A stretch of DNA of 43,021 bases, taken from a virus. This document shows positions 35,680 to 43,021 of the stretch, in pieces. The notes under the pieces are model-generated. The model was given only the letters and a program-made list of their open reading frames with translations, had not been told where the DNA came from and made no database searches. Numbering within the stretch: the first letter of the stretch is position 1; the number at the start of each line of letters is the position of its first letter. The position numbers and the translations under genes are program-made. The stretch lies in UHGV virus genome UHGV-0126275. One strand, given 5' to 3'.

Positions 35680-35783
35680 TATCTATTGGTATTTATAGTC
35701 TTTTTATCCATATATGGTTTTTCAGGTAATAGAATAACCAGATATGCGGCGCAACGGGTGCTGCGACTATCTGGAGATTTAAC

Positions 35784-38700
35784 ATGACGGTCTCAACCGA
35801 AGTTGACCACAACGAATACACCGGTAACGGCGTTACGACATCGTTTCCGTATACTTTTCGAATTTTCAGAAAATCAGACCTGGTTGTTCAGGTGTCTGAT
35901 CTGAACGGAAACGTAACAGAATTGGTCCTGGATACCGGTTATACGGTAACTGGGGCGGGCACTTATAGTGGCGGTTCTGTGGTTCTTCCGTCTCCGCTTG
36001 CTACTGGATGGCGAATTACGATAGATCGTGTGCTTGATGTAGTGCAGGACACAGACCTTCGCAATCAGGGAAAATTTTTCCCCGAAGTGCATGAAGATGC
36101 CTTTGACTACCTGACGATGCTGATCCAGCAATGTTTTGGGTGGTTCAGACGTGCATTGATGAAACCATCTTTGCTTGCAAAATATTACGATGCAAAGCAA
36201 AACAAAATTTCTAACCTTGCAGATCCATCATTTGAGCAGGACGCTGTAAATAATCGCTCAATGCGTAATTATGTCGATGCTGCAATCGCCGGAGTTGTTG
36301 GTGGTTTTGGTTGGTTTATTCAGTATGGTTCTGGGGCTGTGTACCGAACGTTCCAGGATAAAATGCGTGATGCTATTAGCCCCAAAGATTTTGGAGCTGT
36401 TGGTGATGGTATAAATGACGATTCCACTGCAATAAGCGCGTGCCTTGAAGCCTCATCTCCAGGTTATAAAATTGACGGATTAGGGCTTACTTTTAAAGTA
36501 TCAACTCTTCCGGATGTCAGTCGATTTAAAAATGCTCGTTTTTTATTTGAGAGAATACCGGGCCAGCCTCTTTTTTATGCTTCTGAAGATTTTATCCAGG
36601 GAGAGTTATTTAAAATTACAGATACACCGTGGTACAACGCCTGGACGCAGGATAAAACGTTTGTATATGACAATGTCATCTATGCGCCTTTTATGGCTGG
36701 AGACCGCCATGGTGTAAATAACCTCCATGTTGCATGGGTTCGCTCAGGAGATGACGGGAAGACCTGGACAACGCCGGAATGGCTTACAGATTTACATGAA
36801 AACTATCCCACAGTTAACTATCACTGCATGAGTATGGGGGTTGTCAGAAATCGCCTTTTTGCTGTAATTGAGACGCGGACCGTGAGAGGAAATAAACTGC
36901 AGGTTGCAGAGTTGTGGGATCGCCCAATGAGTCGCAGCCTTCGCGTTTATGGTGGTATAACGAAAGCAGCAAATCAGCAAGTCGCTTATATTCGCATTAC
37001 TGATCACGGATTATTTGCTGGTGATTTTGTCAACTTCTCAAACTCTGGTGTTACAGGTGTTACCGGGAATATGACGGTGACTACTGTTATTGATAAAAAT
37101 ACCTTTACAGTTACGACGCAAAATACCCAGGATGTGGATCAGAATAACGAGGGTAGATACTGGAGTTTTGGCACATCATTTCACTCGTCACCATGGAGAA
37201 AAACCAGTCTTGGAACTATTCCTTCTTTTGTTGACGGAAGCACTCCTGTTACTGAGATTCACAGTTTTGCGACGATTAGCGATAACAGTTTTGCTGTTGG
37301 CTACCATAATGGTGATATTGGTCCACGCGAGCTTGGGATACTCTATTTCTCTGATGCTTTCGGTTCTCCTGGTAGCTTTGTTCGCAGACGCATACCTGTA
37401 GAATATGAGGCGAATGCATCTGAGCCATGTGTAAAATATTATGATGGCATTCTGTATCTGACGACCAGGGGGACATTAAGTACTCAACCCGGTAGTTCAT
37501 TGCACAGAAGCTCTGATTTAGGTACATCATGGAATTCTCTTCGCTTCCCAAATAATGTTCATCACTCAAACCTTCCTTTTGCCAAAGTTGGCGATGAGCT
37601 GATTATTTTTGGCAGTGAGCGCGCATTTGGTGAGTGGGAAGGAGGAGAACCTGATAACCGTTATGCAGGAAATTATCCAAGAACATTTATGACCAGAGTT
37701 AACGTCAATGAGTGGAGTCTGGATAATGTAGAGTGGGTTAATGTTACTGATCAGATTTATCAGGGCGGAATAGTTAACTCTGCGGTTGGTGTTGGTTCAG
37801 TTTGTATCAAAGACAACTGGCTGTACTACATTTTCGGTGGGGAAGACTTTCTAAACCCATGGAGCATAGGGGATAACAACAGAAAATATCCTTATGTTCA
37901 CGATGGTCACCCGGCTGATTTGTATTGTTTCAGGGTGAAAATTAAACAGGAAGAATTTGTTTCAAGGGATTTTGTCTACGGAGCCACTCCTAACAGAACG
38001 CTTCCTACTTTTATGTCGACGTCAGGCGTGAGGACGGTTCCTGTACCCGTTGATTTCACAGATGATGTTGCCGTCCAGTCACTGACTGTCCATGCAGGTA
38101 CATCAGGACAAGTTCGCGCGGAAGTCAAACTTGAGGGTAATTACGCCATTATTGCGAAGAAAGTACCGTCTGATGATGTTACCGCTCAGAGATTAATCGT
38201 TAGCGGCGGTGAAACAACGTCTTCAGCAGATGGTGCAATGATAACGTTGCATGGTTCCGGAAGCAGTACTCCACGTCGCGCGGTATATAACGCACTCGAA
38301 CATCTTTTTGAGAACGGAGATGTTAAACCTTATCTTGATAATGTAAATGCTCTTGGTGGTCCGGGAAACAGGTTCTCGACAGTTTATCTTGGCTCCAATC
38401 CTGTGGTTACCAGTGACGGAACATTAAAGACAGAGCCGGTCTCTCCTGACGAAGCATTGCTGGATGCCTGGGGTGACGTCAGGTATATCGCTTATAAATG
38501 GCTGAACGCTGTCGCTATAAAGGGGGAAGAAGGGGCGAGGATACATCATGGTGTAATCGCGCAGCAACTTCGTGATGTTCTTATTTCTCACGGACTCATG
38601 GAAGAAGAAAGCACAACATGCTGCTATGCCTTTCTTTGCTATGACGATTATCCCGCAGTATATGATGACGTCATTACTGGCCAAAGGGAAATGCCGCTGA

Positions 38701-38903
38701 CTGATAATGACGGGAGCATCATTGTTGATGAGGATGATAATCCAGTGATGGTAATAGAAGACATCATTGAGCGCGTTGAAATAACGCCAGCAGGATCTAG
38801 ATGGGGGGTCAGACCTGATCTCTTATTCTATATCGAGGCAGCATGGCAGCGCAGAGAAATGGATAAGATAAAAGAGCGGGTTCAGTCTCTGGAAGAACGT
38901 TAA
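35784..38903 (+). CDS. Tailspike / tail fibre: T7 gp17-like N-terminal adaptor domain, Asp-box (sialidase-like) central region, C-terminal intramolecular chaperone (peptidase S74-like) domain
   Basis: 1039 aa; Asp-box-like 'SGDDGKTW' and 'SSDLGTSW'; 'VVTSDGTLK' (Ser-x4-Lys dyad, Ser codon at about 38412) followed by 'GVIAQQLRDVL', as in endosialidase-type chaperone domains. Confidence 0.75.
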   Translation: MTVSTEVDHNEYTGNGVTTSFPYTFRIFRKSDLVVQVSDLNGNVTELVLDTGYTVTGAGTYSGGSVVLPSPLATGWRITIDRVLDVVQDTDLRNQGKFFPEVHEDAFDYLTMLIQQCFGWFRRALMKPSLLAKYYDAKQNKISNLADPSFEQDAVNNRSMRNYVDAAIAGVVGGFGWFIQYGSGAVYRTFQDKMRDAISPKDFGAVGDGINDDSTAISACLEASSPGYKIDGLGLTFKVSTLPDVSRFKNARFLFERIPGQPLFYASEDFIQGELFKITDTPWYNAWTQDKTFVYDNVIYAPFMAGDRHGVNNLHVAWVRSGDDGKTWTTPEWLTDLHENYPTVNYHCMSMGVVRNRLFAVIETRTVRGNKLQVAELWDRPMSRSLRVYGGITKAANQQVAYIRITDHGLFAGDFVNFSNSGVTGVTGNMTVTTVIDKNTFTVTTQNTQDVDQNNEGRYWSFGTSFHSSPWRKTSLGTIPSFVDGSTPVTEIHSFATISDNSFAVGYHNGDIGPRELGILYFSDAFGSPGSFVRRRIPVEYEANASEPCVKYYDGILYLTTRGTLSTQPGSSLHRSSDLGTSWNSLRFPNNVHHSNLPFAKVGDELIIFGSERAFGEWEGGEPDNRYAGNYPRTFMTRVNVNEWSLDNVEWVNVTDQIYQGGIVNSAVGVGSVCIKDNWLYYIFGGEDFLNPWSIGDNNRKYPYVHDGHPADLYCFRVKIKQEEFVSRDFVYGATPNRTLPTFMSTSGVRTVPVPVDFTDDVAVQSLTVHAGTSGQVRAEVKLEGNYAIIAKKVPSDDVTAQRLIVSGGETTSSADGAMITLHGSGSSTPRRAVYNALEHLFENGDVKPYLDNVNALGGPGNRFSTVYLGSNPVVTSDGTLKTEPVSPDEALLDAWGDVRYIAYKWLNAVAIKGEEGARIHHGVIAQQLRDVLISHGLMEEESTTCCYAFLCYDDYPAVYDDVITGQREMPLTDNDGSIIVDEDDNPVMVIEDIIERVEITPAGSRWGVRPDLLFYIEAAWQRREMDKIKERVQSLEER

Positions 38904-39209
38904 AAAAAAGCCCGCAAAATATTGCGGGCATCAAAAACGGAGTTGGTGAAAAGTTATCTTTGAATTCTATCATGAATCAGTACGTATTTTAAATACATGT
39001 TCAGGTTTATTACACCATAGCATTATTAAATACAAAATTAAGTCTATGGTTCCTGTACAACTGCCCCCACTCTGCTGGCTCGTTCTGTAAAATCATTAGT
39101 ACTTTTATTGAGATATATGATATGGAACAATAATGATTCATATATGGTTTACTATGCGGGTTTAGTCATCAATAATTGACTGGCTTATAGATAGTAAACA
39201 GGAGAAAGT

Positions 39210-39614
39210 ATGTCTGCTCAAGTAACAAGTGAGCAATTAAATCAGTTGCTTAGTTTTGGTTCTCTTGCTGCAGTTATTGCAGGTGTCCCTCCGGAGGTTG
39301 CTTTAGGGGCTTTGGCTGGGGCGGTAATTTTTGTTACCTCTGCAGTAGAGTACCCCATCCGTCGCCGGGTGCTCCTGTCGATGCTCAGCTTTCTTTGCGG
39401 CCTTCTCTTTTACAAACCAGCAGCATCAATTCTTATCGGCATAGCCAGCCTGATCCCTACCATCACGCAGGACTCTTTTGAAAAAGGGATTGTTTTCTCT
39501 GCAGGCGCATTCGTGTCAGCAATTGTCGCTGTGCGTATTGGTATATGGCTCTATCACCGTTCCGATAATCCACGCGAGTTAATTCCGGGGAGAAAAGACG
39601 ATGGTAACGCATGA
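39210..39614 (+). CDS. Holin-like membrane protein
   Basis: 134 aa with several hydrophobic helices; directly upstream of the endolysin. Confidence 0.5.
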   Translation: MSAQVTSEQLNQLLSFGSLAAVIAGVPPEVALGALAGAVIFVTSAVEYPIRRRVLLSMLSFLCGLLFYKPAASILIGIASLIPTITQDSFEKGIVFSAGAFVSAIVAVRIGIWLYHRSDNPRELIPGRKDDGNA

Positions 39615-39909
39615 GTTTTTTTTGCTTATCACTAATGCAGTTATTTGCACTGGCATAGCAATTCGCGTTGTCACATTCCGGCGTAACGGCTCTCAACATC
39701 GAAGGTGGGGAGGATGGCTTGCTTATTTCCTGATTGTTGCTGCGGCCAGTATTCCTGTTCGAGTCGCCTATGCAATCTGGTTACGTACGCCAATGGCTGT
39801 GGATTTATCTGAGGTCATTATCAACGCTGTCATGCTGGCTGCGGTTATTAAAACGCGCGGTAACGTCGTTCAAATTTTTAAAGTATCGAGGTCTAAACAT
39901 GGAGATTAA
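39601..39909 (+). CDS. Second small membrane protein (holin/antiholin candidate)
   Basis: 102 aa with hydrophobic helices; overlaps both neighbours. Confidence 0.45.
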   Translation: MVTHEFFLLITNAVICTGIAIRVVTFRRNGSQHRRWGGWLAYFLIVAAASIPVRVAYAIWLRTPMAVDLSEVIINAVMLAAVIKTRGNVVQIFKVSRSKHGD

Positions 39910-40528
39910 ACAATTCCAGCGAGCTGCTGGTATCAGCGAGGCACTGGCCGCACGCTGGTTCTCGCATATAACTTCTGCGATGAAAGAGTTTGGTATCAGC
40001 AAAGCAGAAGATCAGGCAATGTTTATTGCTCAAGCCGGGCATGAGTCTGGGGGCTTCACCAGGTTGCAGGAGAATTTCAACTACAGTGTCAGCGGACTGG
40101 CTAACTTCGTTCGGGCTGGGCGTCTCACTCAGGGGCAGGCTAATGCACTGGGGCGCCGTGCTGGTGAACCACCATTGCCACTTGAGCGCCAGCGCGCGAT
40201 CGCAAATCTGGTATACAGCAAACGCATGGGGAACAATGCCCCTGGTGATGGCTGGAATTACCGAGGGCGCGGACTTATCCAGATTACCGGTTTGAATAAC
40301 TATCGTGATTGCGGAAACGGTCTGAAGGTTGACCTGCTGGAGAGCCCTGAACTGCTGGCGCAGGACGAATATGCGGCTCGTAGCGCGGCGTGGTTCTTCG
40401 CCAGCAAAGGATGCATGAAGTATACCGGCGATATTGCACGTGTAACTCTGATTATCAATGGTGGCCGGAACGGCATCGACGACCGGCGAGCGCGGTACAT
40501 CACTGCCAGTAAGGTGCTGGCGGTATGA
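39899..40528 (+). CDS. Endolysin, glycoside hydrolase family 19 (chitinase-like lysozyme)
   Basis: Start at '[12 protein letters not shown]' with GAGG RBS; '[12 protein letters not shown]...[12 protein letters not shown]' matches the GH19 endolysin signature. Confidence 0.8.
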   Translation: MEIKQFQRAAGISEALAARWFSHITSAMKEFGISKAEDQAMFIAQAGHESGGFTRLQENFNYSVSGLANFVRAGRLTQGQANALGRRAGEPPLPLERQRAIANLVYSKRMGNNAPGDGWNYRGRGLIQITGLNNYRDCGNGLKVDLLESPELLAQDEYAARSAAWFFASKGCMKYTGDIARVTLIINGGRNGIDDRRARYITASKVLAV

Positions 40529-41007
40529 TCTGGGCATTCGTAAAAGCATACTGGAAACAGTTTCTTATCGTGGCAGTGCTTGCTGTTCTGGTCATATCAG
40601 GAGTGGTTGCCTGGAATATACACGGCAGTCGCCAGTACGATGCCGGGTATGCTCAGGCGGAAGAAGACCGCAAAGCCGAAGAAGACAAAGTTCGTCAGTA
40701 CTACGAACAGGAGAAAGTGACCAATGAACGTGAAGCTCAGCAGAGGATCGACCAGGCGCGCAATGATGCTCTTGATGCTGCCGCTAGCGCTGGCCGGTTG
40801 CAGCAACAACTCTTTGCCATCCGTGAGCAGCTCAGGCAGTATAACGCCATTGTCGGCGCTGGGTCGTCAGCCGCAGACACCGGAGTTTTGCTTGCCGACG
40901 TGCTCAGCAAATCTCTCGAGAGAAACAGACAACTGGCAGAGTATGCTGACCGGGCAGCCGAAGCCGGAAGAGTCTGCGAAAAACAGTACGACACTTTGAC
41001 CAGATAG
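40525..41007 (+). CDS. i-spanin (Rz-like)
   Basis: N-terminal TM helix, coiled-coil periplasmic domain, follows the endolysin. Confidence 0.7.
   Translation: MIWAFVKAYWKQFLIVAVLAVLVISGVVAWNIHGSRQYDAGYAQAEEDRKAEEDKVRQYYEQEKVTNEREAQQRIDQARNDALDAAASAGRLQQQLFAIREQLRQYNAIVGAGSSAADTGVLLADVLSKSLERNRQLAEYADRAAEAGRVCEKQYDTLTR
40724..40999 (+). CDS. o-spanin (Rz1-like) lipoprotein, embedded in a different frame within the i-spanin gene
   Basis: 'LALAGCS' lipobox; Pro/Ser-rich mature region; entirely nested in the Rz-like ORF. Confidence 0.65.
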   Translation: MNVKLSRGSTRRAMMLLMLPLALAGCSNNSLPSVSSSGSITPLSALGRQPQTPEFCLPTCSANLSRETDNWQSMLTGQPKPEESAKNSTTL

Positions 41008-41161
41008 CATGGCATTTTTCATGGTACTGATTTCCGGTGACGGTATATAAAACGGTACGGGAAAAATTGAGATTTGGAAAAATGTTATCACTCAATTGGT
41101 TATGGTTATCGTAAATAATTGAGTGGGAATGATTTGAACCCTGCACTATGAATGAACAAAA

Positions 41162-41187
41162 CCCTCTGTTACTACAGAGGGTTTTTT
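41162..41187. terminator. Bidirectional rho-independent terminator at the prophage/host junction
   Basis: CCCTCTG-TTACTA-CAGAGGG flanked by an A-tract upstream and TTTTTT downstream. Confidence 0.7.
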
Positions 41188-41225
41188 ATACTCACGAATC
41201 ATAGGCTTGAAGTTACTGACATCGC

Positions 41226-41765
41226 TTAGTTAAACCAGCTGTCCGATTTGTTCTCTTCTGCTTTACCCACGCTTTTCATCAGATCGCGACCGCCTTCAGT
41301 CATATTTCTGTTTGCGTCAGCTTCAGATTGCACCACATCGGTTTGCGCAGCTTTGTGCTTCAGTTCCTGATCGATAAATTCGTTTTCGCGCTTGACGCGG
41401 GCTTCTTCTTTCGCCAGCGCCAGTTTTTGTTTCTGAATCTCTAAGCTGCGTAGCTCATCTTCATAACTTTGATCGCGTTTTTTGTCCGCAGTGGCTTCGG
41501 CGTCCAGTTTATCCTGACGAGCTTTCTTATTCGCCGCTGCCGTTGCCGCTCTTTTATTAGCCGCGGCCTGGGCGTTTGCGCGACGTTGCTTCTCTTGCTG
41601 GATTTCCCTGTTGCGCTCCGCGACCCATTCGTCATGCTGCCTTTGCTCTTCATTTTTACCTTGCTGTTCCGCTTCTGCGACAGCCGAGAGTTGATCCTGC
41701 AATGATGAGGCGATAGCCGGATAGCTTAAGGAGGCTAAGATGGCGCAAAGAAAAACTTTCTTCAT
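41226..41765 (-). CDS. Secreted coiled-coil Lys/Ala/Glu-rich protein (probable host gene)
   Basis: Signal peptide 'MKKVFLCAILASLSYPAIA'; charged low-complexity body. Confidence 0.5.
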   Translation of the reverse strand: MKKVFLCAILASLSYPAIASSLQDQLSAVAEAEQQGKNEEQRQHDEWVAERNREIQQEKQRRANAQAAANKRAATAAANKKARQDKLDAEATADKKRDQSYEDELRSLEIQKQKLALAKEEARVKRENEFIDQELKHKAAQTDVVQSEADANRNMTEGGRDLMKSVGKAEENKSDSWFN

Positions 41766-41780
41766 GACTCCTCCTGATCA

Positions 41781-42299
41781 TTAGCTCTTTTCAGGACATT
41801 TCGTATTTGGCTGAATACGCGTTTCGTTATACGTCGTGGTAATAACAACGGCTAAAGCTGTCGTAAACTGGCACTCTTTACCCACCTGGGTGGAGGTATA
41901 CACTTTGGTGCCTTCCTTATACGTTAGAGAAACACCTTCCACTAAGGTTTTATCATTCACCATAGAACCCGCTGCCGCGCCAACAGCTCCGCCGCCAACT
42001 GCACCTGCCGTCGTTCCGGAATTGCTGCCAGACCCCACGTTGTGGCCGATTACACCGCCAGCGACTGCACCAATAAGCGCGCCGAAGGCTTGTGCGTTTC
42101 GTTTATTTTGGGAGTTGTCTACGGCAACTTTTGCGGGAAGAATGGAAATAATATTAACGGTTTTAGTTTCTTGTTTGGTATTCAGTTGATCGGTTTGATA
42201 AACATCGGCGGCATGATCATCAGCATTTGACTGGCATCCTGCCAGAGTGAATGACGCTAACATTGCCACAGGCAGAAGACATTTTTTAAATTTCATCAC
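41781..42299 (-). CDS. Glycine-zipper lipoprotein (YcfJ-like; probable host gene)
   Basis: Lipobox 'FTLAGCQ'; 'GALIGAVAGGVIGHNVGSG...GAVGGGAVGAAAG' glycine-zipper segment. Confidence 0.6.
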   Translation of the reverse strand: MMKFKKCLLPVAMLASFTLAGCQSNADDHAADVYQTDQLNTKQETKTVNIISILPAKVAVDNSQNKRNAQAFGALIGAVAGGVIGHNVGSGSNSGTTAGAVGGGAVGAAAGSMVNDKTLVEGVSLTYKEGTKVYTSTQVGKECQFTTALAVVITTTYNETRIQPNTKCPEKS

Positions 42300-43021
42300 T
42301 ATTCCTTGTTATACACATTACGAAAAATAAGACATTTAAGATCATCAAAAGAGGAAAGTAAATGTATTGCGTATAAAGGAATAGATTAAATTTATTAAAA
42401 TTCATGCGGGAAATAATTTATAAAAATACATCATCACAACATATGTATTAATGATGTATTTATTTCGCAGCCGAACAGGATGAACTTCAGTCAGAACAAA
42501 GACGTAAAATTTAAGATGAAAGAATATCTGCCGCTTTGATAATCTCAAAGAGCAAAAGCATCCGACAGCGAGGTGCCGTTATGTTCTGTGAGAGTGGAGA
42601 AGGTAACCGCTAACGTTGTACCGGTGATTCGACGGAGAGTGTGGATTGCTGAGCTTCTTTTTTGCTCTGATGGTGCTGCCAGGCACCGACGGACGAGTAG
42701 ATAAAACGGCCAAAGAAGAAGATAAAGCTGATGAGCAGTACGATACGGGTCATGCGACTGTTAAATCGGTGTCGTTTTCGCATACTGGTTGCCTGACTCA
42801 CAAAAGGTTCCTTGAAGTATGTCCCACGCCGTGGACGGTACTTACATTAAGGCACAACAGGACAAAATGGTCAATTCTTCGTTATGTAAAAAAGCGTCAG
42901 TGGATACATATTTTAATGTTATGGAAGTTAATTTAATTATTTACAATGATGATGTAATAATGATGAGTTAACATGATAAACGTAATAATTCATTAGTCAG
43001 GGTTATTTTGTTTGATATATA

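Larger units (their letters stand above)
1..41160. mobile_element. Integrated temperate phage (podovirus-type virion module, lambdoid-style early region); left end at or before position 1, right end somewhere between 41010 and 41160
   Basis: Contiguous integrase, recombination, immunity, replication, packaging, head, tail and lysis modules; host-like genes on the opposite strand begin after a bidirectional terminator at 41162..41187. Exact att sites not identified. Confidence 0.8.

Noticed and set aside
35589-35711. Longer version of the antirepressor-like ORF starting at 35711
   Set aside because: No RBS at 35711, and the extension would contain both the LexA box and an operator-like palindrome; ATG at 35588 has a GGAGAAG RBS.
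39893-40549. 218-aa minus-strand ORF spanning the endolysin gene
   Set aside because: The plus-strand frame carries a clear GH19 endolysin signature; the antisense ORF has no start context.
41120-41150. tRNA-like T-arm fragment (GGGTTCAAATC on the minus strand) as a possible attR tRNA remnant
   Set aside because: The flanking sequence does not form the complementary T-stem or an acceptor stem; not a convincing tRNA fragment.
1-43021. CRISPR arrays, rRNA genes, insertion sequences or transposases
   Set aside because: No regularly spaced short direct repeats with unique spacers, no rRNA-like segments and no transposase-like ORFs were seen; the only tandem repeats are the iterons at 7449..7620.
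42300-43021. AT-rich right end of the window with small ORFs (42610..42801 minus, 42646..42936 plus)
   Set aside because: The ORFs are short, mutually overlapping and lack clear start signals; the region looks like an AT-rich intergenic or promoter region, and the window ends before it can be interpreted.

Overview
The window is almost entirely one integrated temperate phage (about 1 to 41,100), followed by about 1.8 kb of probable host DNA with two convergently oriented lipoprotein/periplasmic genes. Nothing here was searched against a database; all calls come from reading the sequence and ORF translations and from remembered family signatures. Layout left to right: a tyrosine integrase (GTG start at 50); a minus-strand early-left operon (Ser/Thr phosphatase, MT-A70 methyltransferase, AlpA/Xis-like, RecT, YqaJ-like exonuclease); an immunity region with a tandem-HTH repressor lacking a peptidase S24 domain and a divergent Cro-like gene; O-like and P-like replication genes with iterons inside the O-like gene; a nin-like block; terS and terL; a small island with a phage-encoded tRNA-Arg(UCU); portal, scaffold, capsid, adaptor/nozzle-like and three large internal-core-like genes (podovirus-type architecture); a 3.8 kb accessory island; a 1039-aa tailspike; and a lysis cassette with GH19 endolysin and embedded spanins. 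The most interesting signals are: (1) a 15-bp palindrome TTACC-N5-GGTAA, present at the promoters flanking the repressor gene and at about nine other promoter regions across the prophage; (2) a strong LexA box in front of a small antirepressor-like gene, whose protein shares a C-terminal domain with a Bro-N protein; (3) the accessory island of uncharacterised genes (a 211-aa protein with a structured leader, a membrane-anchored double zinc-ribbon protein, a lipoprotein and a small hydrophobic ORF), which is my best candidate for an undescribed superinfection-exclusion or defence function; (4) a perfect 12-bp palindrome GTGACATGTCAC repeated at three module junctions. No CRISPR array, rRNA or transposase was seen.
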